Assembly: GCA_048013815.1 (NCBI GenBank)
Contig: CM106586.1
Coordinates: 13,702,001-13,766,000 of the forward strand
Reading direction: 5' to 3'
Length of the DNA: 64,000 nt
Source of the DNA: Setoptus koraiensis
Lineage: Eukaryota > Animalia > Arthropoda
The notes beneath the pieces are model-generated. The model was given only the letters and a program-made list of their open reading frames with translations. It had not been told where the DNA came from and ran no database searches. Both the position numbers and the translations under genes were made by a program. Each line of letters begins with the position of its first letter. The stretch's first letter is position 1. Positions 32,801 to 47,707 of this stretch are shown here, one piece after another.

Positions 32801-34161
32801 GACAGAAAGAGAGACAGAGAGAAACAATTGCAGCGAGCACCTACCGCTCGCGACCTGAGTTATATAACTGAGTTAGTTAATAGCTCGCGGGGACAATAAA
32901 CATACTTGTATATATAGTTGAGAAAAATCACGCCCGCGCAATCGAGATGAAAACATCCAGACGACGGATGCAGCTTTTTAGCGTGTGCACCCAAGCGGCT
33001 CCATAGGTGGCCCTAAATGGAATGGACTGATATTTTTAACTGGATGATAACTGGATAAATACTGCACTGGACTATATTGTTGTGCAGTAACAGTATTCGA
33101 GTAATTGTATTTGAGTGGAGTAAGGCGACACGAATTTCGCATGAGTTTTGCATGAGAAACAAGCAGAGATGGTGATAATGTCGCGACTGCAGTCATAAAA
33201 GGATTGGGCCAAACATTTCGTTTCGGCTGGCTGTGAAGGCAAACTGTAAACTGACGGTTGGTGCTTTGTTCAAATAGAGTTGTCTCGTTTGTTGCATCAA
33301 ATTGAGTCTAATTAGAGTCAGATATGAGCCGAAACTCGCGTTGAGAGAGAGACTTTGTGCGAACAGAAAAAGGCAGAGGCGACAACGGAGAAGGAAAGAG
33401 AAAAAAGGATGAAAAGAAGAAGAAGAAAAAAGGAAAAAGCAATTCAAGTGGCGAGCAAAAACCGTATGAAACGGTTCCATCGTTCGTGTGTCGCCGTTGA
33501 ATTTGCACAGCTATCAGATCGTTATCAGATGTATTCGCTTGGCGAGCGGCCGGCACCAAAGGATTGGCTTACAACATGAAAAATTGGCCATGTTACTTAC
33601 TAAATTGTCTATTGTTACATGCTAACTTTGGCGGGCCACCCATTTTCTCGAAATTAATTAGATTAATCAGCAATTGATTTGTCTGGCGACAACAAGCGCG
33701 GCGAGTCATTTGTTGGGCTCGCTGTCGTTTCTGTTATCCGTTGCGAGTTTGGATTGTTTCTCATTAAAGCGTGACAACTGAATTAACTGAATTAACTGAA
33801 TTAATAGCGAACTGAGAAAGAAAAATTTTTGCTAAAAAAAGTATTTTCTATTCAGCAGCTCAGCGCGCTTGCGGCAGCTTATTCGCGCCATCCCACCCGT
33901 GATATATGGGCCCAGCTCATTGATGTGTACGCAGTATACGCAGATATACGAGAGAGAGAGAGAGATGAAATGGGAGCGATGGCGAGACACACAGACAACA
34001 ATTGTTTGCGTCGTGCGTCATCATTTACATCGAAACTTGCAGTGAATGGCGAGCCGAGATTTGTAATTCTTGTCTTGTTTGCAGCGCTTATCGGCCTTTG
34101 TTTGCTGGCGCTGCGAATGAATGGATGCTCGTCGCACAATTAAATTCAATCTTGTATCGTT

Positions 34162-34202
<41 letters not shown>

Positions 34203-35470
34203 TCTCAAAAGGCTCTTTTGAGGTCATTCAATTATGTTGCCAGGTAATAAAATTTGCTGCTTTTGTGCCGGCTCGCAAGTTGAACGTACCCATAAAGGTG
34301 TGATAGGCACTGAGAGGGAAAGAGTTAGCGCAACTCCGACATTTAAGTTGGCCGCGGTGGCTGTTGTTTGTGGCAGCGGCAAACAATTTTAATTTTAATT
34401 ATTTTTATTATTCGCGCAAGTTGCGAATCACAGCCTGCCTGTGATAATATTCACAAGTTGCGATAATATTCACGCCGAGACCCAGCTCGCCGGCCCCTCC
34501 CAACCTTTATATGGCTCGTTGCACCGATCACTTTATACTTGATACCTGTTTTGAATGGTGCATTTATGCATTCGGATATTTAGATACATCGATCACGTAT
34601 GCGCGCACACTGTAGCGAGCGGATGTCAAAGTTTATAATGCACAGTGGAGCGCGATAAAAAACTCGGGATACTCGCTGGTCCGATGCTTGTTGCGCAACA
34701 TTGTCTTGCGTGTGTCGCTGTCGTCGTTGGCGAGATCAATGTCGACCGGCCCACAACAGTTTGAACAATTGTGTTGATGCTGCTGCTGTTGTCGTCGTTG
34801 TTGTTGTTGCTGCTGTCGTTGTTGTCGTGGCCTCTCTATTTGGCCTGTATCGCATTGCATAACAATGCTTGCATAATAATCAATTCATCACAAGCTCACG
34901 CCACCGTCGTCATGATTGACCCATAGCCATCGCATTGCCCATCGAGCGGCCAGTTGAGCCCATTGAGCGCAGACTTCCGGTTGACTGGTCAGTTTGAGAG
35001 CCATCGATTGTCAGATTGTGTCGGCGCGCAAAGGGAGAGAGCGAGAGCGAGTAAAATAGCAGCCTAAAATATAGCAAGGCCAGGGTGCTGCTGGCCACAA
35101 TGACACTGATCATCAGTGACTGATGCCCATCTAATGCCCGTCATCCGATGCTCGTCAATTTACAACAGTTACGTAACAATAGTAATAACAATATTATCGC
35201 TTGTTATTATATTTGTGCTGTGATCGGCCAGCTAATGATGGCCAGCCCACGACCCATGCACTGGCCATCATTAGCTGGCCGAAATCGGCCGAAATGGGCT
35301 CTTGTCAGCTGATGGTCCTTGGTGCACGGTCTCACTGACAAGCTCTCTCAGCTTGCTCACAAGCCGAATTCGCATCATGTCGAGACCGTTGCGATGCTGG
35401 CTGTTCATGTGTGTCGCTCACTGTGTTGTCAGTGCCCCGTCGAGTCGAGTCAAGCCGAGCCGAGTCGCGC

Positions 35471-35547
35471 AACAACAGCAGCAACAACAGCAACAACAGC
35501 AACAACAGCAACAACAGCAACAACAGCAACAACAGCAACAACAACAG
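35471..35547. repeat. (ACAACAGCA)n / CAA-CAG simple repeat, one of many CAA, CA and GA microsatellites in 22-64 kb
   Basis: Direct reading. Confidence 0.95.
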
Positions 35548-36232
35548 CGCTTCGCCCACTCGCTCGAGCCTCGAGCCCCGAGTTGTGTGATGAGCAGCAT
35601 GAGCTCGCCACGTCAAAAGCTATTACATAATTTGCAATCAAGTTGCCAGTTGCTGCTCGCAGCAAACGAGCAGCCAATTGGCAATTGCGCGCCGATGTCA
35701 AGCCAATAGAAGCCAATAGTGAGCAGCACAACTTATATATTCGTTCGTTTTTTAATATCATTGCGAGGAATATTTGCGAGAAGATTTGCGAATCACTGTG
35801 AGATCACCGTGTGACTCACAGTGAAATCACTCACTAGTCACAGTGAGATGCGCACGGATAGAGCGAGAGATTGCCGAGCGGCCACAAATTGCCGGCGCAA
35901 ACTGTTTTGCGCCAGCACTAAATGAATGCAAGGCAATTGCAACTTGTTTCTCTCTTATGTAATATCTCCTACAAAAAAGAAGCTTCTTTACTAAAGAATC
36001 TTTAGTTATCTAGGTTAGCTGCAACATTGCGCCACCCACCAGCACAGGTGAGACGGTGCGCATTGTGGATACAATGCTGCCACAATGTGCACCGTCTCAC
36101 CTGTGCACCTTCAGTTGTCCGACACACACACACACACGCAACCCAATACCCACAACGGCTCATTGGCGCAATCAGCTGTTGTGTTGTGTGATGTAATTAA
36201 TTCAGGTGAGATACAGGTATATTGCATTTGCA

Positions 36233-36273
<41 letters not shown>

Positions 36274-39200
36274 GTTGGCAGCACTGACAGGAGCGAGCAA
36301 CAATAATTGCCATTGGGCACTGTTGGCGCCAACGATGTGATTGTGGTCGCACTGTTACATCGACCACTCGTCTCGCTGGCCAACAACAACAAGTCGCTAG
36401 CTCCATGTATGATGCACCATGCACACAGCAGCATTATATAATGCACTGTTACGCAATACAGTGTTATGTAATACTGTAATACACTGTGTTGTGTGTGATG
36501 CAGTGTTGCGCAATAAGTTGCACAATGAGACTTTATCCCACAACAGACTGGTGATAGATACAGTGAGATAAAGTGTTGCCTGTTGCGGCCTATTTATGTG
36601 TCGCTGCGCATATAGATCATTCACACACACAAAATAGAGATATTGTTGAAAAAATTTAAACGCTATGGTATTGCGACATGCACATTACGTAACACATGGT
36701 GTCATTTATTCTGACACTTGTCGCGTCGTCAGCTGGCGCTGGTCCGGTGCGTGCCGGATACGAAATTGAATTGGAATTTGAGCGAATTTCGCATCATTTC
36801 GCACCGTTTTGCGAGTGGCGCCACCAAGCCGATTTGCGTGTCGCTTCGAACTGGCCCCGAATCGGCATCGAATTGGCACAGAATTGGCCTCGAATGGGCA
36901 TCGAATTGGCGCCGAAGTGGCGGCCGTCGAATGTTGCTCGTCGTTGCGATACGGACTCGAGATGAAAATTCATCCAATTTGCCGTTGATTGCCGTTTATT
37001 TGATCGGGCGTGCGATATTGTTACACGGTGGGCAACTTTTCTATTTAACATGCATTTGCATTTACATTTTCATTAATGTGTCTGTTTGTTTAGTCGATTC
37101 GGAAGTCGTCGGTAGTTTGTGTGTGTGTGTGTGTGTGTGCACTTGTCGTGAATAGCTCACACAAGTTGTGAATAACTCACATTGCGTGTCACTCATTGCA
37201 CTTGTCGGCGGTGTGAACCTGTTAGGTGTTGCGCAATTTACCAGCCAGCCAGCCAGCACACTGACACGCACGCACTCACGCACATTTTTTGCAATTTGCA
37301 ACACATGCACACGAACAGACAGCATGCAAATGAATCGGCCTAACATTACGCAACAACAGCCACCGGCAACAGGTGCTGTATGGACACAGGAATGTGCGTG
37401 CGTGCTCGGTGAGCAGCAAAAGAAGATTGCGCAATAATGATCGCACACAAACAACTGTTGGCCCGCATAACTATCGCATGTTGTTATGTAAGAGTTTGCT
37501 GTTGTCGTTGCTGTTGTTGCTGTTGTTGCTGTTGTTGCTGTTGCTGTAGTTGTCGTTGCTGTTGTTGTTGGCGTTGTTGTTGCTGTTGGTCGAGCGCTCT
37601 CATCGGGCCATCGGCCAATTTATTCAATTTAAATCAGTTTTAGCACCGCCAGCAATTGTGCAATCAGTGCGATTGGTCGGTAAGGCTCAATGGGCGCATT
37701 CGGTCCGTTCATTGAGTGGCCACCAGGTAACATGCGCGCTCGAATGATAAATGATCTCTGTCCGTTGTTGGGCCGCCGGATTATTTCGCAACAGCGAAAT
37801 TATCATCATTATTATGTTGTTGTTGCTGCTGCTGTTGCGCAACAGCACCGGCAGCACCGGCAACAACAGCAACACCAGCAACAACAACGGCAACAACAAC
37901 AACAACAGCAACAACAACGACAACTGCAACACGGCATGACACGGCAACAATTGGATGGCGTATAAATTAATAGGTATATGCATATATTATGTATTAATAA
38001 TAGTTTACCGCAGTCACACACAAGTAGCCGGCCCGACCATAATCGGGCCGTGAATCGTCCCTGTCCGAGTCTGTCCGCCCGCGCGCATGTTATGTAATTG
38101 TGAACATGCTACATGTAACACGAACGCCATGTGTTTTCTTTTTTTTTTAAAAACTTACGGTGCGGCACAGTTTGCGCTAGTTTTGCGCCTCTCCACCTCA
38201 CAGTGCCCACTGACTATTGCGTAACTATGTCAGGTGACTGTAGCGAGTTGCAACGCAACATCAACGCACCTGAACTGTGGCGCGCAGCGCGTACTTTACC
38301 TGGCGCGAACAATCAGCGCCGATATCCGATGTTTCATTTTGCAAATATCCGATACTTGACTTTGCAAATATGCGATGTTTAATTTTGCAAATATCCGATA
38401 CTTAACTTTGCAAATATCGCCCAGACAGGCGATATTTGCATATTGCTGCAAACTGCGCGCCAAATCCGATCAATCGGATTGAGACTGGATAATTGAGTCG
38501 ACGGGACTGAGATCGTGGGTCGTTTCGTGCCGCTTCATTAGTGCAATGGACGTGCCGTATGAGGGGACGCAAATTGCAGCCTGCAATTGATACAACACGA
38601 TCCCGGCAACACTTACACTGCGCAGTGAGCACACTGACGAGATAGGCGAGATGTTGGCCTGAGCATCACAGAGATACAACGGCAACGACAGCATCATGAC
38701 ACAAACAACAACACATAATAAATTAAACGGTAACAATGCACAATTTATTACCTGTTGCTGCATTGGCCAATTAGAGTATTTATAGCAGCGGCCGTATCAT
38801 TAATTAAAATGCCATTATGATGCTAATGCGCTGGATAATGAGTGCGCTATCTGGCCGCGCTGTTACGTCTTCATTTGGTGGCCGTTCTTTTCCCTTCTTT
38901 TCCCTTCTTTTCCGTTCTTTTCCATTCTTTTCCATTATTTTTTCATTATTTTCATTCAGCCAGTCGTGTCATGTTTTTTATTGTTGGTTTGTTGCAATTC
39001 TCATAAGCTCTCACATTGCAATTCTCATTGTATGGGCATGGACACTGCCAGCCAGCCAGCCAGACAGACAACAACCATTAGCGGCCATGACAGCGCCGGC
39101 CCACTAATGGTCTTTTGCCGGTTGCTGGCCGGCTGACTTGTGAGCTGATTGTTACGCTTGCCACTTTGCCACCTCACTACTAATTATACGACGACGCGCC

Positions 39201-41771
39201 TTTTGCATATTACATAATACGCAAAACGCACACGCACAAGTGATACAATTGCCCATGCAAACAACCTGTTGCCTGTATTACTAACACAGTGTTACGCAAC
39301 AAGCACAGGTATCATAGCAAACAAGCACAACCAACGGACAGGTGAAGCGCTCGCTTGACAACGCTATTTGTATATTCACCTATCGCCGGTAATCGGATAG
39401 CTTGTGGGGCCGGGCCGGCACAGTCGCACCTCGCCGATTGGTCGCTGTGTGTGGTTGTTGTATTATGTAACTGGCGTGATTGAAGATGCAACCATCGCAA
39501 CACTATGTAATTACACAATGGGCGTTATTCTTGATTATTCAAATTAGTGCAAATTAGCTGTCTGTTCAACAACGACTCCGCTGTTGTAATCATTGTGTTG
39601 TGCAATGTTATGTAATAATAATAATAATAATAATAATGGTTGTGTAACTTGTTGCCCGTCGTTACGTAACTAGACAACTCGATGTCGACCACGTCCAAGT
39701 CGAGCCGTCTAGTTACGTAACCGACAGTTGCTTACTGTACCTGTTGTAGTTTACACAGTAGACACAGTGGCGCCTTTGCATCGATTGTACGATTGCGTAT
39801 CGTCGATGCTCCAATGCAACGATATCGTCGGCAACAACTCAATGAATAATTCAATTTATTAATTTTGCATTCGCTGCTCCGTCTTGACAGTGCCTGCTTG
39901 TCGGAATTCATTTGCATTCTTATATTCACTCGTCTCAACTGCTCATGCTCAAATGCTAGCCAACACACGGTGGCCCACACGATCGACTAGCGGTGCGTTT
40001 CCGGTTTGTATTGGTTATGTTGATATTGTGCTGATATTCACGCATAAATTGTTCACTGATAAATAAATAGTGACGTTAGAGTGTTGCTGCCGCACACAAT
40101 TGCGTGAATGGCACCGCTGGTATTCACGTGATGGAGCTGTCAGTTTTGCTCACAAGTCAGTTTGTCAGTTTGTCAGTTTGTAGCCCGAAAAAAGGGTCAC
40201 AAGCCGGCCGATTAACTGATACAAACAATCAGATTATGCGACAATCAAATGTTGCGCTGATGACGCAAACGAGTCAACGTAGTGACAGTTGCACAAACTA
40301 GTCAAGCGACTCAACTGACAATTGAGGCTTCACTCACAACAGGACATTAGCGTTGCTCTCAAATGGTAATTCCTGCAATTTAATCAGCGCCCAACAACAA
40401 TGCTCACAATTGCTGTGACATTGTTGTCACCTGTGCTGCCACTGGCACTGCTAATAACTCATTAGTAGTAAGGCACCTGTTGTTGGCTAGTGATGGTTGC
40501 GCAACAATGTCACAACAACAACAACAACCATGTGTCAGTTGAGACTAATTAATTTAGGCAACTAACAAGCTAGATGGCGCTTGTTGATGGCGCTGATACA
40601 TATAGTGTTATCATCATCTGTCAGATTAGTTTAATTGTTAGCCGGCGTGATTACTGCTGCCGACTTGTGATGCTAATTGTTGATAGTCGTTGTTGTTTTT
40701 GCTGTTGTTGTCGTCGTTGGTGTCGGTGTTGTTGTTGTTGTTGCTGCTGCTGCTGTCGGTGTTGGCGCCAACGCGAACAATTAACAATCAACAAGTTGCT
40801 AATAAGTGGACAGGCGATGAGTAATTGTGCCGCTCCGGCAGCCACTGGCTTCCAGTAACTGGAAGCACCTGTTGCATGCGTATACAAATTGTGTATTATG
40901 CACAGTATTATGCACAATTGCATAATTGTCGGATACTGGCACATGTGACTGCTGCTTTAGTTGCAATTGTTGGCAATTGTGTGTGCAGCAGCCAGTGACA
41001 GGCCAACAAACAAGCGAACTGTCAAACAAACAACGACGACGACAACGACGACGACAGCAGCAACGACAACAGCAGCGGCGACGACGACGACGACGACGAC
41101 AAGTGGTTAGCGGTATAATTAATTTTGTGAAACATTGCGTCATTAATCAATGACACTCATAGGGACAACAATTTGTTGCCGCTTGCTTTTCGTCACCCTC
41201 TCTTCGCGCGCCACTCGAGCAAGACTGGTCGCCGGCGAACGGTCGCCACTGACTGGTTTGCCGGGCCGGCCAATTGTGCGCCGGGCCGGCCAATTGTGCC
41301 CAAGTGCCGACAGTGGCGAATCGTATGCCGCCGGCACGGCAAATCGTGGGCCGACACGGCAAATCGTGGACCGACGGTGGCAGTGGCAGGCTCATGCTTG
41401 CATAATAGCTGACTTGCATAAGCGAGCGCTCGTAATTACGCCAACATGTATACATGTGTACACACAAATATGAGCAATGAAAATCACTGCTGACACACAA
41501 CAATGATTAATGGCACAATGGCCATGATGAACGGCGCCGATAAACGACGCCGGGTGCAAAATTAGATAATTAGTTATCGGATCGTCGTCTTTGTTACACA
41601 CACACACACAATTAATTGTCGCAAGCAACCACTGGCGCACAAACTAATCAACGCCGCTCGCCAATACGCTGGCCACTTGCCTCTGACGCTGTTATTATTG
41701 GCCATTGCAAATTGTGACCAAATCATTATCTAATAGCGTCTACCTGTCGCGCCATACTGCTGTCTCAACAG

Positions 41772-41894
41772 GGCGCACTCTCGACAAGGCGCACTCTCGA
41801 CGAGGCAAACTCTCGACGAGGCAAACTCTCGACGAGGCGCACTCTCGACGAGGCAAACTCTCGACGAGGCAAACTCTCGACGAGGCAAACTCTC
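41772..41894. repeat. 16-bp minisatellite (GGCRMACTCTCGACGA) x~7.5
   Basis: Direct reading. Confidence 0.95.
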
Positions 41895-44022
41895 AAAAAG
41901 ACAAGCTCGCAAAGAGACAAACTGGCAAAGGGACAAACTGGCAAAGAGTGGCAAAAGGACTGGCAAGGGACAATTTTTTGCAAGTGTGCCCAAGAGGGAG
42001 AGACGCACAACAAGAGCAAGGCGAAACTTGCAAAAATGCGATCGCATCCGATGATCAGATGAGATAAGCTCAAGCAAATTCAGCTAACCATATGTTATGT
42101 AATTTATCCAAAAGGAGCAACAACATTCTGGCAAATGGCTGCGCCAGCAGCAGCACAGCGAAAACATTGATACAAAGTATCTATTTTGATAGATAAACTC
42201 TTGTTTATCTCACACAATCTAATACAGATCACACAACTCATTTAGCTCACTTAGCTGCACAGATTAGCGCCGGGCACAGCAACAAGTTTTTGCACTACTG
42301 GCACTACCACTTTTTGCACCACTGCCACCACTACTTGTTAGGTGGTTGCAGTGCGACACACACTGCTTAATTATTAAACTGCTAATGATAATTTCTATTT
42401 GCTGCCCCTACACATTGCACAACAAATAATACACATAATGATCATGTGATGCGTCTGACCAGCGCCGGCCGAGCGCTGTGGTCAGCTACGAGTGGCCGAA
42501 TTGAGAATTGGTATTGAGAATGTAGTTATTTGTCACAGGAGAAAAGCAAAAATAAACATTGCGCGCCATGGTGCCGACAACATCAATTGCAAACATCAAT
42601 TTGTTGCTGCTCGAGCCTCGAGCTTCATCTGCTCACAGTTTGCTGCGGCAACAGTTAGCCGGCAGCGGCACCATGAGCAAAATTAAGATGCAACAACAGG
42701 TCGTTTGTTGCAATTAGCCGGCCTACGACTGGTCGTCTCGCTATCGCATCAATTGACCGGACTGCACCACTTATTGCTCACGTTTAGCGCTGATCGCCGG
42801 CGAGCGTCTCGCCGGCATGTCGCTGGCATGTCGCTGGCGTGTCGCTGGCGTCGCCGGAGTCGCTGGCGTCGCGCTGGCATGTCGCTGAAATCCTGGCAAA
42901 ATTGCAGCAAAAAGCGGCCGAGAGTCGGTGTTGAAAAGATCGCACACACTCGCTCAATCCGGCTTTCTAGGTGGTCACATAATCAGACGATCGAGTGGCC
43001 AGATAATCGGCCGGCCGGCCGGCCAGCGCGCAGTGTACCTGTCCGATGCGTGTGTGTGCCCGAAATTTGAATTGATTGATCATTATTTAATCTGGCTGTC
43101 TAATCTTTGGTCGGCAACTTCGGCCTGCGACTCGCCGACTTCGGGCTGCGACTCGCCGACTTCGGGCTGCTATTCGGCCGCTCGGTCGCCGGCTCGGTCG
43201 CCGGCCGGCTGGTCGGCTCGTCCCGCTGGCCGGCTGGCCGGTCGCATTATCTCGCTTGCGTAATCTTCTCGGACCGTGCTCGTTTCAGCGGCGGATCGGT
43301 GTGCGGCGTTGCCAGCCAAGCCAGCCAAAAATGAAATATCATTAACTTGTTGCCGGGCCGAGTTGGCGTAATGCACTGGTGACAATTTGAATTATTGCCG
43401 CTTATTATAATCGCCTGTTGTCGGTGCCTATTACATATGCCATTATTACGTATGGCATCGTATATACGCCATGTACTTACATGGCGTATATGTGAGCCAG
43501 TGTGCAGTCGGCCGGCCCGGCCCGAATCGCATCGCATCGGATCGCATCTAATCTGATTTTTCCATGCTCTCTCGGCAACTATTTCGCTCGCTGCTGTTGC
43601 CTGTTCGGGGCTCCTCGCCCGAGCTCACCGGCAACCTGTTGGTGCATCCCGACTGTTGGTGCATCTCGACTGTTGGTACATCTTGATAAAGCGCGCCCGG
43701 GCTGCAGTTGGTGCGTGCAACGCACACTAATTGAATGATTAATTGCCCCGAGATCATTTTGGCAGCTCTCAATTATCGCACCAAAAACGCCAGCAGCCGG
43801 CTGGCCGAGCCGAATGCGCCGAAATTTCTCCAAGTTTTCCGAAATTTTCCGATCGCCGCCAACGACGCCGATTCGCAACGGTGGCACAAATCACAACTAA
43901 CCATTTTGCGGCGCGTTGCGTTGCATATTGCGTCGCCATTCTCGACAAAACCAACTCACGGTCTAGATCATTATCGCGCCCATCGTTTCGGCCTGCATCG
44001 GCGTGGGTCGCACTCACGCTTT

Positions 44023-44147
44023 ATTATCCGGCGATCCGACGATTCGGCGATCCGGCGATCCGGCGATCCGGCGATCCGGCGATTGGGCGATTGGGCGATG
44101 TGGCGATCCGGCGATCCGGCGATTAGGCGATTGGGCGATTAGGCGAC
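44023..44147. repeat. 8-bp tandem repeat (CGGCGATC / GGGCGATT variants)
   Basis: Direct reading. Confidence 0.9.
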
Positions 44148-47100
44148 CCAATCAGCGCCATTGTCACCAGCACCTTGCCATCATCATCGGAGGTCAGCAG
44201 TCGCAACAAGCGAGCAATAACACAAAACAACCTGCGCAATTACGCAAGTGGCCGTGCGATCTTGGCAGCAATTTTCGGTACTAGCCACAGTTGCTCATGA
44301 TGCAATTGGTGGTCGCATTGCATAATTGCCGCTGCCATGATGTAACTCGCTGATATGTATTATATAGGGCGCACCGGGTCAGTGCGCCATATAGGTCTCG
44401 TTTGGGCGCCACTGTGCGCAACAGTTTTTTGCAACTGTCGGCCGATTTCTGAACAGTTTCTGAGCAGTTTCTGAGCAGTTTCTGAGCAGTTTCTCAACGG
44501 TTTGCAGCCCGACAAGTGAGCGTCAGTTGGACACACAGTCTGGCCAAGTATCATCAGATGTATCAGTGTGTCACATGCGTGTGTGTGTGTGTGTGTGTGT
44601 GTGTTTGTGGGGCGCCCACAATGTCAAATCTGTTGTTTTTGGAGGCTGCTCGTTGACAGCTGACAGCTACTGTGTTTGCGCGTTTTTGACATTCTTGTCG
44701 GCAAACACTGCCGAACAATGTTTTTTCTCTCTGTCCCATTTGCTTTGTTTCATTTGTGTTCGCCACTGTTCGCCAGCGTTGACGATAATAATTATGATGT
44801 AAATGAGAAAACTGTTTCAACTGTTGCGTTGCTGCGGCGCTTTTTTTCGACTCTTCCGACAGCGCCGCAAATGAGATTAATTTGAGAGGGACAGCAGCAC
44901 GCCTACACGTCATTTGATGGCGACGGTCATAGCGATCCGCTGTCAGTGTTTGCTACTCAACATGTCAACCAATCACACGGGATGATGGAGCCGTCATGAC
45001 ATAGAGACGGAGCGAGACGAAACCGCGCCGCGCCGCGCCGCACCGACTAGAACCGCGCCGCACCGACTAGAGCCGCACCGAACAGAACCGAAGCGCGACG
45101 AAACGGGATAGTGAGCGAGAAAATTACCTAACGACATGATGTGGCGCTCACATGCAAATGGAGTGACAGGTCGGACAAACAGGCAAACATGATGAAAAGT
45201 TTGCCAACTTCCCGTTGGTTTGTATATCTCTGTTGTTTGCATTGTGCGCCGTCGTCGTCGTGGCCGTCGTCGTGGCCGGCGCCCCCGAAAGCCACGTGAG
45301 AATGGCTGCGCAAAAGATGTCGCCCGGCGTAAGCCGCCCGAATAGAATATAAAAGAATATTAACAGAATATATATTAATACATGGCCATATTACATCGCC
45401 AGTGTGTAGCCGAATTGCGTATACGAAGCATACGCAATTTCAATTAGTAGTCGGCTAGCAAAAAATGCTTTTAATTAATCATCGGCACGCCAGCGGCTGC
45501 TTGCATGCATGATAATGCTAATAGTTCAATTAAGACTACTCATCGTGTCGCAAAATAATAATAATAATAATAGTCGGATAATCTAATTCGCTTCTAATAT
45601 ACACAAAGAATGTGTGTGTCTCACAACAACCGCTCAACAACAATTGTGTTTGTGTGTGTGTGAGCTGCCACTAGACAGCTCAATTTTGGACGACATGACA
45701 TCACTTTTGTCATTGATTGACACCTCTATGGCCACTTCTCTCGCTGGCTCGTCTCTATTTTCACTTGGCTGTGCACTGTTGCATCAAGCGATACCACCAC
45801 CATCAAGTGATGTAACACTCTGTTATCGTGTGTTATAACAACGTTGAAAATTGTGCCTCGGCCGGCTCGCTGGGGAGCCTTCACTGAGCCTGTGTTTTCG
45901 TGCGCTTCGTTTCGCGAAACAAGCCAGCTCTTTTCCTACACACTTTACACACAATCCACAGAAGCCAGCAATGTTTTTTCGTGCAGCAAAAGCAGAGTTT
46001 TTTCGTGCTAAAAGCAAACTTTTTTTTTCTTGCTCAAACACATGGTTAGACGTTGTGTGACGTCGAGCAACAGGACATTAGCCAGACATAACAACGACTT
46101 CGAATGCACGTATGTAATTGCATGTCGCACTTGTTTAAACTAGTTTAAACAAGTGCCATAAATACAACAGATGTAATTCATCATCAGCGAGCGTTCAATG
46201 AAGTGACATGACACACGACGAAATATGCATAATGTGGTGCCCGTCATTTCCTTGCCACTTCCGTTAAATTAGCACCGCTACTTGATGCAGACAGCGCCAC
46301 TAGACAACGTCGCTCGGCAGCGTGACTCGGCTGCTCGGATATTTGATAGATAAACTGGCTATTGTTATCATTCATTAGTTATGCTGCTGATTGGCCACAA
46401 TGCGATCGCTCACCATAGGGCGCACGCCACACAAAGTCAAATGACGTCACCAGAGATAAAAAACCACCACTAACCAAGCCTGAACCAAAACGAAAACGAC
46501 ACGACACGAGATAAACCAACCAATCTTGTCAAGTGATTTATTACTGCGGCTCTAATGAAGGCCACGATGGTTCGCGAATTTAGCCAGTAATTTATTTAGC
46601 ACAGTTGTACGCTAAATAAAAAACTGTCCACTGGTGCATGGCAATATGGTGCTGGTATTTCTGAAGAAATCAATGATATAATTGAATTATTTGTGAATGC
46701 AACCATCGCCGGTCCAGATGGCGCTTCGACGCTTCACAAAATGCGTGTTGGCTTCTGAGACTCACTGGCCCAATTGTGTCGACAGATCTTACAGATTGAA
46801 CGATCAAACGCGACTATTAGTTATTACCGTCAGTGTTCGAATTCACAGACCTGATACTCAGTTGAGAGAGAGAGAGAGAGAAAGTCAACTTATATCAGCC
46901 TGTTGATGCAGCGAAACAGTGTTGAGGCATTTTACAATATTTTTTAATTCGCGACGACCATTCACCAATGAATGTAATTTGGGTCAATGAACTTGATAAG
47001 GTAGACAGCGAAAAAACATGCGCGACGCAGATCGCAATCTCTCTTTATTTCTGGTGCCTTCGTCTGGTCAGTTACTATTGATTGACTTTATTAATTATAA

Positions 47101-47630
47101 TAATGATTATGCTGGTTTTACTTTACTTTTAACTTTGTGCATGCAACACCAGTCCTTAGAACACACACACACGAACATCAAATGAAAATTCTGTTTCTTT
47201 TCTTTCTTTTCCACTAGACACCAACTACTAAAGAGACTAATTAATAGAGCGAACGAGACACAGACGGACAGACAGCCAAAAGAGAGAGAGCAGCTAAAAG
47301 AAACAAGTCGACAAGTCAGAATCGAGCATGGTCGACTTTGCAACAGCGCCAACATCGTATAATGGCAATAAAAGGCTCGCTCATTATGCCAAATCTTTGT
47401 TTGTCGCTTCATCAAATATGCCCAGTCGACATGGGCAAACGCAGACGCACAGTGCATCAGATAAGTAAATGCTCATCGCTTCTTTACGCAATAAATCGGA
47501 CAAACACATATATCTAATAAAGTATCACTCTTTCTGAGATAATATATTATTTTGGACAGCCAGACAGGCTCTCAGACGGCCAGCGAGGGCCAGCATTTCG
47601 GACGCAACGGTGTGACGCTGGCACACAGTC

Positions 47631-47707
47631 CAACCGTCCAACAGTCCAACCGTCCAACCGTCCAACCGTCCAACCGTCCAACCGTCCGACAGTCCGACAG
47701 TCCAACA
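47631..47707. repeat. 8-bp tandem repeat (CCAACCGT / CCGACAGT variants)
   Basis: Direct reading. Confidence 0.9.

Noticed and set aside
35999-36021. miR-9-like sequence TCTTTAGTTATCTAG
   Set aside because: Seed mismatch and no complementary 3p arm downstream.
43749-43771. bantam-like sequence CGAGATCATTTTGGCAGCT
   Set aside because: The upstream sequence does not form a precursor stem and the 3' half diverges.
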